Position numbers and translations under genes: made by a program
Notes under the pieces: model-generated
Databases searched by the model: none
Seen by the model: the letters and a program-made list of their open reading frames with translations, nothing else
What the model was told of the DNA's origin: nothing
Part shown: piece by piece, positions 38,606-50,932 of the stretch
How the letters are laid out: every line of letters begins with the position of its first letter
Position numbering within the stretch: position 1 is the stretch's first letter
Source of the DNA: Malacoraja senta
Lineage: Eukaryota
Assembly: GCA_038087875.1 (NCBI GenBank)
Contig: CM075989.1
Location: forward strand, 16,060,001 to 16,124,000
Direction of reading: 5' to 3'
Length of the DNA stretch: 64,000 nucleotides

Positions 38606-38848
38606 GTATCACTGAAACAGTGAAGTGTGCACATGAGAGATCAGTACATTTGTTCATTGATTCTTTGCTGAATGAAGACAAGCAAAGTATTGCATATTGG
38701 TGCAATGACCTGAGCACATTTAACAAAGGAATCTGTCTAAGCTGCAGGAAGAATCGATGCAACACACTGGGCTACAATATTAAAAAGGTCCGGACACAAA
38801 GAAGCAAAAAAATGTTTCTGAATACTCGTGCTAACATGCCATATAAAG
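38606..38848 (+). CDS. LIPC: Hepatic lipase exon 6 (catalytic His)
   Basis: cttag|[80 protein letters not shown]|gtgag; 243 bp. The lid between the two Cys is 22 aa, as in HL/LPL and unlike the 19-aa lid of endothelial lipase. Confidence 0.97.
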
Positions 38849-38983
38849 GTGAGCTTTCTCATTGTTTCCATCGTTTACCTATTGGAAAAAATATATATAT
38901 ATTAAAATGGATACCGTTCAGAATTAGTACCTATAATCTTAGCTGGTGAGTAGTGAGGCTCTGCAATTACCCTCAGTTCATAC

Positions 38984-39265
38984 GTTTAGTTTGGTTTAGA
39001 GATACCGTGTGGAAGCAGGCCATTCAGCACACAGGGTCCGTGCCGACCCATGCACTGGTTCTATCCTAGACACTACGGACAATTTTACAGAAGCCAATTA
39101 ACCTACAAACATGCACATCTCTCGAACGTGGGAGGAAACCAGAGCACCTGGAGGAAACGCATGTGGTCACAGGTAAAATGTACAAACTCCATACAGATAG
39201 CACCCGTCGTCAGAATTGAACCCGGGTCTCTGGCTTTGCAAGGCAATAACTCTACCACTGTGCCA
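38984..39265 (-). mobile_element. HE1/V-SINE-like SINE
   Basis: Family match. Confidence 0.82.
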
Positions 39266-39562
39266 TAGTAAAATGGGGCTGGGTTTCCCAATTATAACAG
39301 ATCCCTTATTATATCTGATGATAAGTTAAGTTTGGTGAAAACTTGTCCCACTTCCACTCAAGAACAGAGTGGAAGTGGGACAAGTCTGGCTTTATCTTGT
39401 GCTCTGTTGACAAGTCTTTCATTTAAATGAACCTTTGCAATAATTGACATCCTCAGGAAAGTGGAGAAGAAATTTGGAGTCGAAAGAAATCACTGAGGTT
39501 ATTAGCTTTTTGAATTGTGCAACATTATAATAAAATTATCAACTGACTATATCATTTTGCAG

Positions 39563-39683
39563 TCTATCATTACCAAGTCAAGATTCACTTCATCAACCAG
39601 ACAGAACACCCTAACTTGGAACCATTTCTCAAGGTATCCTTATATGGAACAGAAGGTGACACTGAAAATGTACCTATCAAATT
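39563..39683 (+). CDS. LIPC: Hepatic lipase exon 7 (start of PLAT domain)
   Basis: ttttgcag|YHYQVKIHFINQTEHPNLEPFLKVSLYGTEGDTENVPIK|gtgagt; 121 bp; NQT sequon. Confidence 0.95.
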
Positions 39684-39867
39684 GTGAGTACTGTACTTTT
39701 GTGACATAGAAGCAATGGAATACAATGTTTTCATTTTAATTAATTCTGCAAGGCACAATAGCATGGATCAAACTGGCAGCTGTATGGTTTTTAAAGGCAG
39801 AAAGTCTCAAAACGTTACATCTCGCAGGGGTTAGGATAAGGGTGGACAGGATCAAAGAGGGTCATGT

Positions 39868-40038
39868 GGAGGAAGGAACTGCAGATGCTGGTTCAAACCG
39901 AAGATAGACACAAAATGCTGGAGTAACTCAGCGGGACAGGCAACATCTCTGGAGAGAAGGAATCGGTGATGTTTCGGGTCTCTCCAGGGATACTGCCTGT
40001 GCCGCTGAGTTACTGCAACATTTTATGTCTATCTTCAA
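39868..40038. mobile_element. Penelope-derived fold-back module
   Basis: Inverted arms of the family sequence; another copy at 40629-40755 (+). Confidence 0.7.
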
Positions 40039-41371
40039 ATAGGCTTGTAATTTTCTAAAAATAGAAAAGTATAAATAAGGTTTTGGGTGTGGACATTTAT
40101 CTTGCACCGTTAAGTCAAGCACTGCTCCCTTTCAATATCCGGAACATTTAGCCGTGTTCACCAAGAATACTGGCATGGTGGTAAGGGGAGAGATTTGGTC
40201 AACCAGTGATTAGGAGAAAGAACATCTCGTTGTGTGCACCTCTAATGTGTTGCTAATTTGTGCACAGTCACTTTTTAACTTTCTGAACACTGGAATCTGT
40301 TGACTTTTAAAGAGATGCTGGAAATACAATAGGATCCATTTGTCTGTTGACAGAAATGGTTGGAACAAAGGCAAGAATACATTTGGAATAAAAAGCTACT
40401 TGTATTCTAGTAATATCTGCATTTTATTTCTGTTCCACGTACACTGTGGAATTGAATTTCTGTATCATCTGATGATTGAAATACAAATAAATGCCTTTTC
40501 AGTATTCCCCGTTAACAGAGGAATTGAGAGCTTCATTAAGAGCTGCACTTTTCATGCACAAATATGAATGAAAGAGCAAAACATTCCTTAAATGTATCTA
40601 TCATATTCAATCTCATGACGAAGACCACGAAGAAGGGTCTCGACCCGAAATGTCACCCATTCCTTCTCTCCAGAGATGCTGCCTGTCCCACTGTGTTACT
40701 CCAGCATTTTGTGTCTACCTTTGATTTAAACCAGCATCTGCAGTTTTCTCTCACATGCTAAGAATATATGCCCGATCTTCCAGTCTACCTTGTTGCGGCC
40801 CATGCACAATTTCTTTAGCTGCACTTTCTCTGCTGCTGTAACATTATATTCTGCAGTTTCCTCTCTCTTTTTGCACCACCTGTTTTGCTCATGCATAGTA
40901 TGACCAGTCTGGATAGCACACAAAACAAAAGTCTTCATTGTATCTTGGTACACAAGATAAGTGGAACCTAGATATATCACTGCTTTCCCCAACTGTATCA
41001 CTACATTCAGTCATTAGTACAATACAACTAAATGAGGTTCAAATAACAAACAAAAAAAAAGTGCCTAGAAATTATTTTAGTGATACTGGATTGCATATAT
41101 ACCACTGTGCCAGCCAAAACACCAAGCATCCTTGCACGTTTCTTTAAAAAAAAAATCATCTGAATGTCCATGGTTTAATGCCTCACGTGTAAAGCTACTG
41201 CCTCCATCTGTAGTACAGTGTTTACCATCCTAGATTACTTGCTCATTCCTTTGGACAATGGCTCACCGTGCCCAGCCTCCTGCATGATGTAGATACAGAA
41301 ACTAAGCTTTGAACTGTTGGAAAGAATAAAACCTCCCAGGGCTCACAAGTACACATGCTTAAAGGTTCAGG

Positions 41372-41592
41372 GTAGACACAAAATGCTGCATTAACTCCGC
41401 GGGACAGGCAGCATCTCTGGAGAGAAGGAATGGGTGACGTTTCGGGTCGAGACCCTTCTTCAGACTGAACTAAGTCATTGAACTGAACGTCACCCATTCC
41501 TTCTCTCCAGAGATGCTGCCTGTCCCGCTGAGTTACTCCAGCATTTTGTGTCTACCTTCGATTTAAACCAGCATCTGCAGGTCTTTCCTACA
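41372..41592. mobile_element. Penelope-derived fold-back module
   Basis: Inverted arms; intact core on - at 41436-41463; TSD CTTAAA(G/A)GTTCAGG at 41358 and 41593. Confidence 0.8.
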
Positions 41593-41854
41593 CTTAAAAG
41601 TTCAGGAATTGTTCGCTGTCTTTAACTTGCAAGAAAAGGTTACTGAAGGTCTGTTCTTTTGCTGATAAATCCACCGCTCAAGGCATTCCCTTTAATGGTG
41701 GGAACCCACAAATTTAGGAACAAGTTGTGGTATTCAAAGAGGCACTCAGAAATACCCACTGTTACTGCAGTGAGGATGTCACACCTCAATACGGAAGTTT
41801 CCTCATGAGCGATTATGACAGGGCAACAAACAGGCAAGAATCTTATCCAACTCA

Positions 41855-42237
41855 GAACACTCTCCAATTCTAGGTAACCTCTGACTCTCCCCCACCCCAA
41901 CCTGGACTCGCACCTATTTCTCTCCTTCCTCAGGCTTCACAATTCACAACTCTTCAATCATTTTGCCCCACATCTTCAGTTTCTGTTTCTCTGGCCTATT
42001 TTGTCCATCCATCAGCGCATCATAAACCCCCTTGCCTGCATTCACTTATCACGTGTCATGCTTTGTCCTGCCCTCCTCTCTTCCAGCTTTCTTCCCACAC
42101 CCTACAATCAGTCTGAAGGGCCTCAACCCAAAATTTCACCTATCCATGTTCTCCAGTGATACTGCTTGACACGCTGAGTTATTCAAGCACTGTGTGTGTT
42201 TTTTGTAAAACAGCATCGACAGTTCCTTGTTTCTACA
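41855..42237 (+). mobile_element. Old Penelope-like 3' end
   Basis: Colinear with 12215-12612. Confidence 0.65.
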
Positions 42238-42614
42238 TCGGAACATCTTTGCTGGCCTCTTGTGTTGTGACAGAAGATGATCAAGGTACACTGCCTTGGC
42301 TTTAGGCATTTAGACAACCTGTAACTTTACCCTTGGGACTTACTGTTTAAAAAAAAAGGAGATCTACATTCTACATACATTTAACCAATCCCCTTCTACA
42401 TTTGCTTGCGGATCTTATAACCATGGCATAAATTTCTGTATGTCCAGATAATAGTGGAAGTAAATGTAATAATCAACTGGATTATTTTTTAAGACCAAAA
42501 AATGAGTTACTTATTCCTCGTTTTACAACAGATGGGCTAATAATTGCTTTATTAATTGAAACTGCCCTAACTAGAAACTAAGACTATAATGTGGAAACTT
42601 TGGTTTTATTTCAG

Positions 42615-42833
42615 GTTTGAAAGCATCAAAACCAACAAAACCTACTCTTTTCTGATTCATACTGATGTTAACATTGGTGATTTAATGATGCTAAAGTTTA
42701 AGTGGGAAAACTCTGTTGCCTGGGTAAACCTTTTGAGGACTGTTCAAACATACTTCCCATGGGGCCAGAATAATATCAATCCGGAGCTTATTGTCAGAAA
42801 AATAAGAGTAAAAGCTGGAGAAACACAACATAA
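42615..42833 (+). CDS. LIPC: Hepatic lipase exon 8
   Basis: atttcag|FESIKTNKTYSFLIHTDVNIGDLMMLKFKWENSVAWVNLLRTVQTYFPWGQNNINPELIVRKIRVKAGETQH|gtaagt; 219 bp. Confidence 0.96.
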
Positions 42834-43980
42834 GTAAGTTATGAAAAATAGCTTGCATCCATTTGTCAGATTAATTTGATGTAATTTAATGAGTTTGAGT
42901 ACAGTGAAATGCTTTTGTTGCCAGTTAGCGGAAAGAGAATACGCGATTACAATCAAGCTATCGGCCGTGTACAGATATATGTTGCTGTAGGAGTAGAGAT
43001 TTAAAAGAGTGGAGCGATTGTAATGTGTGATTGCAGATCCATTTCTGTGACTAGTACATAAAGAGTGGCCTGGGTGGGGCGCCATCATGGATCTAATATG
43101 TAACCACATCATTCACTCAAATTCTTGAAATGACACCAACCCAAATTAGATCCAGCTATTTAAGTATATTACCAAGAATAAAATGTGCTTCTTTGGACCA
43201 GTGGAAAACCTAACCATTTTTATTTGACAGAAGTAGACATTAATAAAAGATTAGACTTTTCATTCACGTTCATTTGTATTTACATTCTATCTATGCATTT
43301 GGACATGGCCTGTTCTCCACACTGGTTCATGGACAAAGGGATTTTTTTTTATTGACACAACTCATTATTCATAGACCTATTTCAACTTTAAAAGTTTAAG
43401 ACAAAAGGGCCAATCAATTTTCCAAATATTTACGTTAAACACCATGAATAATTAACCACTGATCAGAGCTATCCTGAACTGAATTTATATTGGTGTCTAT
43501 ATCACCGTTTAAAATGTCACATTGCTAACCAATGGTTTGGCATTTATTGACACCTAACGAGATACAAACACTAAAAACGAGCCTACTGTTACTTGCTGAA
43601 AGCTTGTGAAAAATGGTGCCTGTAAGGCTTTGCGAAGTATGATTTAAGAATCTATTTCGAGGGAGTGAACGTGCAGACTAGCATCTTACTAATAGATGAA
43701 TCATCTTGACACATTTAAATATTCTGCATGTAGGGTTAAACAATTTGTTTTTATCAGACTTTTCTACACTCTAATTTGCCGAACAGCTGTATCTTAACTA
43801 TAAGTCAATTTTCCTGTAGGCTATATTTTTTTGATTAACAATGCAAGATTATTAGCACAATGGAGGGGGGGCCTGGTCATTTAACCAATCGCAACAACCA
43901 AGTAGCTCGCACACTATTCAAAGTCAGGTGGGTGAGTGAAGATGAATACAATTAACGTCATTTTTAAAAATTCTTTCCAG

Positions 43981-44092
43981 AGTAACATTCTGTTCCTTAA
44001 ACACCAACAACATGCACTTGCAACCAGCCCAAGAGAAAACGTTTGTTAGATGTATAGGTAACACAAGACGGCGCCACAGAAGACTGAAATGA
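43981..44092 (+). CDS. LIPC: Hepatic lipase last coding exon 9
   Basis: tctttccag|VTFCSLNTNNMHLQPAQEKTFVRCIGNTRRRHRRLK-TGA; basic heparin-binding-type C-terminus. Confidence 0.95.
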
Positions 44093-44206
44093 AAAACTCG
44101 CTAAGCCAAAATCAAACCAGGATCCACAGAATTCATTCAAAATGCAGAAACGTTCTGGCCGACACATATCACCAAAAAAAAGTGTAAATATATGAACTAT
44201 CACTGC

Positions 44207-44212
44207 AATAAA
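44207..44212 (+). promoter_or_regulatory. Candidate LIPC polyadenylation signal
   Basis: First AATAAA after the stop codon (about 115 bp downstream); another at 44591. Confidence 0.45.
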
Positions 44213-46450
44213 GGAATTTAACACATGGATTAAAACTAATTATTTGGATCAGTAAATACAACGTGGAAATAGCTTGATGTGACATTTATAGAAGGTGTAC
44301 CGAGAAATAACATGAGTCTCATCGTCTGGAAGAGGTTTATTATGAACAAGTATACATCAATCAACTAAATTTCAATTAATATTATATTTTGAAAGATTTT
44401 ATTTCCAAAGATGTGGAAGGGACAAATGTATTTCTAACTATTATGCAAGATTGTAAGTCTGGCTTATGAATGGTGAAACAAATTTAGTTTTGTTTTAAAG
44501 AACTGACACTATTAATGGCAGTAAATTCTCAACTCAGTAAGAGTCATGCCACAAAACAAAAAAAAGATTGACATTAAAAACTGTGGCAAAAATAAATATT
44601 TCTGGAATCAAGCATTTAAATGATTTTAATTCGTTTTAAGAGTATATTCTGATGTTTCACTTGGGAAAATACAAAAGGTAAATGTGAACACCATCCCCCT
44701 AATTTCCACAATGAGTTATAAATCGCATGCCTTTTATTTCTAAATGGTTTAAAAGACATTTAGATGGGTACTAGGAAAGATTTAGAGCAAGAGGTCAAAC
44801 GTGAGCAGGTGGGACTAGTGTAGTTGGTCGGCATGGGAAAGTTGGGCCGAAGGGCCTGTTGCTGTATGACTGTGATCACGTGTTACTGTTCACAACCGCT
44901 CCAAATTTATGGCGGAAAATAAAAATTTAAGTTTTCTATTTGGTATGCTCAAAGACTGGTACAGACTGGTAGTAATTGTTTTCTAAACTGTTACAAAGTA
45001 GATACAATAGAGCTCAGCAGAATGAAACTCAGTGATTAATTCACTTATATTGCCAAATGCTATAGATGAATCAATAATTTGGTTAAAAGAACTCTTGTAA
45101 GATGTTCACACTTTTAAATCTTAGACAATTTATTGTATTACTCCAAAACATCATATCCCAGACACCTACAGAATTTATAATCTGTTTCGGCTGAATGCTT
45201 AACTTTAACAGCTACCAATAAAGAGAACACCAGACTTAATGGGAAATTTGACTGCGTTTAATGTACATCCAAAATCATTTTTGCTCCAGGCAACACACTG
45301 GACTTTATCCTTTGTCTTGTTGTGACAGTAAGATTGATGGGATCACATTTCAACCACAGTAATAGCTTTTAAGTCTCTCACTGATGTCCCATGACCCAGA
45401 ACCACACCAACGGCATCAATAACTAATATAGGACAGGATTAAAATGCAGCCAGTGCTTCTCACTGAATTCCTTAATTAAAATCTGCTAAATGATAAGCCA
45501 TTGCCTCTTGCTGATCCATTTTTCCTCTCCACGTATTTTCAAGCAGATACATTTGTCCCAAGTTTCCATATTAATTTTCAGAGTGAAATGGCCATAGATT
45601 TGTCTTGGATAAATGTCACCAGTTCTCTTTACAGTCTGAAAAAATGTAAATGTGCCCATCAGAGTCCTGGTACAGACAGTTATTATCATTTAAAGCAGGT
45701 GAAGGAAATGCTAAAATTAAATGTTTCACATCCCACACGCTGGGTTTCAGTTCTCTGCATCTGTAAAGATAGAAACCACCGACAATCTGGAGCAACGCAG
45801 GTTTCTTGCTTTTGTAGCACTTGAAGAGTCTGCAGTAACAGATGTCTCATTGCATTGATAATAGTCCAAGTGCTTTGTTCACACTGAAAATAATAGGTCA
45901 AAGGCAGACATCTGCCCAATTCCAATTTCCAGCAAATGATACAAATCCCATACTCCAAATCTAACCCAGTTGAGCACAACTCTTTTCCTAAGACAGGCTT
46001 CACGCTGAGAGAAAATCACATAGGGGTAAAATAGAAACTGCGATTATGTATATATTGCAACATAACATGAGTGAAACGCAGCGAAAAGGGAATTTGAACA
46101 CACTACCGGAGGTGTACTCATCCTTCTGTTGTGTTGTAATGTAGATTGCAAGGACGTCTATCCACATCAGAAACACATATTGGTTGCAACAATTTCTACC
46201 TTAGACTAAGTACCAATCTTAAGAAAATTCTAATTGCAGTTACTGGTATTTCCAAACAGTTTAAGGGTAGATTATCTCGTGCCCACAACAGTGTTGTTCC
46301 CCTCTATAGTTGGGTCGAGTGTGATCCCGAATCAGCTGACATTGCCAGATTAAAAACACTACCGCGATTTTCACGAAGGATCTACAAGAACGTGTGGAAA
46401 CACACAGCGCAAAACTTGCTGATAGTAAACAGACATTTACAATTCCCCAA

Positions 46451-46625
46451 AGATAGACACATAATGCTGGAGTAACTCAGCGGGTCAGGCAGCATCTCTA
46501 GAGAAATGGGGTAGGTGATATTTCGGGTCGAGACCCTTTTTCAGACTGACATTCAGAGAGAGGGAAACTCTTAGTTTTTGTGTCTATCTTTGGTGTAAAA
46601 CAGCATCTGCAGTTCCTTCCTCTAT
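46451..46625. mobile_element. Penelope-derived module between the two 3' ends
   Basis: TSD AATTCCCCAA at 46441 and 46626; core mutated (CTGAAAA). Confidence 0.72.
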
Positions 46626-47199
46626 AATTCCCCAATACGCAGAAATTTCTAATGGTGGCGAGGGAGGAAAAAAAATACACAAAAGGGATCCTGGTTTTGG
46701 CCACATGTCAGTCAATTGGCAATTTTCCAAGTCATTTAATGGGAAATACACCTTTCGTGCAAATCTATTGGAAGTTACAGCAGGAGAAAACATCAAATAA
46801 TTAACTCCAATATTGTTTTTAGAGCCAGATTTTGTGAATGTTAGAATGTTATCTGCGACTTCATTATAAGGGAATGTTTTTGCACCATGAAATTTGGGTT
46901 GTCCACAGGATTATATTCAGGATAAAAGGAGCGCATTGTGTTAAATACTGTAATCAAAATGCCAAAATGTACCAACAAGTAGCTCATGGTCATACTTTGC
47001 GACATCTAAGGCATTGTAATTTTTAATAACATTCTATTACCATTAACTGGAACATCAACTTAGTCAGAGATGAATAAGGAACTTCCTTCGCAGTATTTAA
47101 ACACAAATAAAATCTTCATTAACACATTTTTTCAACACGTTAATGCTGTAAGTATTATATATCATGGGGAGACACATACTTGGATTTTGCAATTAAGAT

Positions 47200-49031
47200 T
47201 AAATTCAATAAGACATTCATTTGGTTGCTCGAGTCTATTCTTTATTAATGCATTTCAAGTACTTCAAAAACTTACATGTCTTTGCACAATACTTTCAGCA
47301 ACTTTTAGTAAAAATTTGCTCAGTGAACAAAAAGATACTGTATAAAACACAGTGGGCAATAAAATATGACAGTAGTATTATTTATCGTTCAGGATTTGGA
47401 ATTCCCATCAGGACCAATTTTGAAATGTATGCTCAGTGCTCATCTCCTGAAGGTTTTAAACCAAAGTAAACAGGACTCAGCAGTTAACTCCTGCATATGT
47501 CCTACCACAGGGTAATAAACAAAAAATAATTACAATGAAATGTCTAATACTCTAGATTTTATTTAAATGTGCTTTTCGTAAAGCCTCATCATTGTCTGAA
47601 ACAACCCCACTTCCAGCCCACACAATGCAAAATGATGATTCCAAAGTAAAAAGAAACATTTCCAACTGTTAAGATCATTCAGGATTCAGCAGAATCGCAC
47701 ATTAATTGTTGGGTTTCCAATACAAAATTCTTTTCTAAATCATGTACAAAAAGTTGTATTTGAAAAATGTTCTTGACTACTGTACAAGTTTTTACTATTT
47801 AAAAGAAAATAGATCATGCTATTTTAGAGTTTGGCCTGCCTGCCAGACATCCAATTATTTTGGAATATGTCCAAGTAAACACTTTTTTTGAATTTATAAT
47901 TTGCAGTTCAGCAGTTTCAATTCTTTGTAAATAGAAATATTTAAACTCCCTGTGAAGAGCTACTGCTCTTTGTAAAAGAGGAGCACCTGCTATTCAGTGG
48001 TTGCCCTTGTAATTATCAGAATTCACAGAAGTATGCATTTAAAAAAAATATAATCCCAAGTTTTAACACAAATTCCAAAATATAAAAATGATTTGTCACA
48101 ATTCTTTCCACACTTCATAAAGCAAAAGCTGAAAATGTTATTCAGGCAAATATGCACCAATTTTCAGCAAAATTCAGAACACTCTAGCTGATTTAGTCCC
48201 TAAAATTAAATCAAATATTGTCAAACATTTACACTAACTTAACCATAATTTATTAAACACACAAATTACGACTATTACATCCCCAATCCAGAGCATTCAT
48301 TCTATACCTGGACATCAAGAGTTGTCCTTCCCTGGTATCAGATGACATAATGGAGGCAATATAGATTGTAAATTTAAAGCCAGATTTCATTATTTTTTAC
48401 TGTCTCACAGCCGCTATCAAGAGAGTGGTCTTTTAGATTATTCATGTCCTACATTATCCTGAGTATGGCAATTAAACAGCAATTATTTGTTATTTTAAAT
48501 AGCAGAAATGTATGCATTACAGCTAAGCTTATAACAAGTTTCTGGCATACATCTTCAAGAAGATGTACGTGTATGAGTAAGTAGTACAGGCCAATGTTTG
48601 GAAAAACGATCTGTTAATTTATCAAATAAGTTCTTAAATTGCTGAGTTATTATACATAAAAGCTTGAAATTGGCCGCAATAATAGCAATTACCTATAACC
48701 GCAGGACTGTGCAATGAGAAAGATCACAAATGGCCAAGTGCAGAATAATCTTTTGCAACTTTGATGCCTCATCAACAAAATCTCTTTCCAAGCATGATTT
48801 AATAAAATCCAAAACATGATCTGATCATTAAGACTGGATTAGAAGGGACACTGAGGATTTAATTTTCTCCATTTTAAATTGGAGGCTGCATCCATCATAA
48901 GTAATCCAATTCCCTCTAATATTAGAACCTAAAACTTTCTATCAGGTTTGAGACAATGACAGGAACAGGTTTTCTTTGGAGCGAAATTTCCTGCTGTAGG
49001 CACTAGGAAGATCCAAGGCAAATGCTTCAGT
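47200..49031 (-). other. ADAM10: ADAM10 3' UTR (distal end uncertain)
   Basis: AT-rich, repeat-free sequence after the stop codon; minus-strand AATAAA candidates at 47558-47563 and 47241-47246, further ones at 45129 and 44733. Confidence 0.6.
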
Positions 49032-49135
49032 TTAGCGTCTCATTTGGCCCATCTGATAGTTCTCTCTGGGTCTCTGGCGTGACTGTTGCATTGCCTGCTG
49101 TTGTTGTTGCTGCTGCCGTCTTCGCTTTAATGTGC
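49032..49135 (-). CDS. ADAM10: ADAM10 last coding exon 16
   Basis: ctgcag|(G)TLKRRRQQQQQQQAMQQSRQRPRENYQMGQMRR-TAA. Confidence 0.96.
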
Positions 49136-49214
49136 CTGCAGGAGACAAACATATTTCAGACATGCTACAGCATTGATAGCACTACTCAAGTACATTCAAG
49201 AGCTACAATATAGA

Positions 49215-49612
49215 GTCTGAGTCATACAGCACAGAAACAGCTCCTTCAGCCCAAATCGTCCATGTTGACCAAGATGCTCCATCCAAGCTAGTTCTATTTG
49301 CCTGCATTTGGCCCATATCCCTCTCAACGATTCCTATCCATGTAGAAATATGGAACTGCAGATGCGGATTTTGTGTCCCAAAAGACACAAAGTGCTGGAT
49401 CAGGCAGCGTCTCTGGAGAAAATGGATAAGTCAGTCTGAAGAAGGATCCTCCCCCATTTTCACCTATCCACGTTCTCCAGAGATGCTGTCCGACCTGCTG
49501 AGTTACTCCAACACTTTGTGCCCTTTCATATCCATGCACTTGTCCAAGTGGATTTTGAATACTTTTATAGATGCTTCCTCTACTACTTCCTCTGGCACTG
49601 CGTTCCATATTA
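49215..49612 (-). mobile_element. CR1 3' end interrupted by a Penelope module (about 49345-49525)
   Basis: TATCCATG repeated on both sides of the insert. Confidence 0.7.
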
Positions 49613-50663
49613 AATCTAGCCTCTCTTGCATACACTATTTGGAATATCTGGCTCTAAAAATGCCACAAGGCACATGGGCACATGTTCCCAGAAGTGGAAA
49701 CAAATAATTACAAACTTAATCGTCCACACAATAATCATATAAATTAAATCAGGGAGTTAGATTAGAATATTTACAACAGTTACACTCAGATATTTACAAC
49801 ATCAATGGGTTATGAACATTGAAACCATCTAAAAATCACACTTGGGTCTTCATATTATCCCTGCTCTAATACCATAATGAAATACTAATGCATTGCATTC
49901 TCAACTACTTAAATTCTGAACACTAATTTTAATTTACACTTACTTTATCATTAATTAAGAATTTATTAATACTTGATGACTATCTTATACTATATGGAAT
50001 GCAAATAAAATGCTCCGTCTGGTGAAGGGATGGAGATAACAAACGAACACAATTTATGAGGTATTACTAGTATCAATTTATTAATACTGTGCCGGTATAG
50101 AATTTATAAAATTAAGACAATTAATTGTATACCTTCAAATTACCAGCCCAACTTGAATCAATAGAACCTCAATCATGTGAGCAAAACATAAATGTTTCCA
50201 GAATTTACACTTATGGCATCACTGATGTGGAATAGTCCCGATTTATGAAAAAATATATATTCTTTATAGCAAAGATGCCAAACATATTAGAAAGGGAAAT
50301 TTAGTAATTAATTAAAATTAGAATTCAAGAACAATACCAATAGGAAACTTTCAATAACATGGTGTAGCACAATTTAGTTGGTCTTTGGCTTTGGATGGCA
50401 AGTAGCACCACAGTGCCATGCTACCCAAAATGAAGCAGAAAAGAGGTTTATATATATATCACCATGAGATGAAACTGGTGAAATAATCTACAGAATTTTA
50501 AGAATCAGAAACTGAAGCTCACATCATTTATACTTCTGGTCATGGTTCCTAAGATTATGTAAGTCTCTTTCAATAATCTTTGCAAAGCATTTGTAGAAAA
50601 GAAAATACTTGCATAAAACTTTAGATTAAAAATATATTATATGCTAGCAATTTTTTTTTCTCG

Positions 50664-50932
50664 TTTTTAGTTCTTAAAGATACAGTGTGGAAACAGCCCC
50701 TTCGGCCAACTGACGATTGCCCCTACACTAGCTCTATGTAATCTCAGTTTTGCATCCTACACACCAGGGGCATATTACAGAAGCCAATTAACCTACAAAC
50801 CTGCACATCTTTGGAATGTGGGAGGAAATCGGAGCACACGGAGAAAACCAATGCGGTTACAGGGGGAACCCAAATCAGGATCGAACCTGGGTCTCTGGTG
50901 CTGCAAGGCAGCAACTCTACTGCTGTGTCACC
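50664..50932 (-). mobile_element. HE1/V-SINE-like SINE
   Basis: Family match; a CR1 3' tail follows at 51028-51185 (+). Confidence 0.82.

Noticed and set aside
38260..38949. 229-aa ORF spanning LIPC intron 5 and exon 6
   Set aside because: TTG start and no lipase similarity outside exon 6; the intron is 358 nt, so retention would shift the frame. Chance read-through.
18298..44092. LPL or LIPG identity for the lipase
   Set aside because: [16 protein letters not shown], the 22-aa lid, exon sizes and adjacency to ADAM10 all fit LIPC
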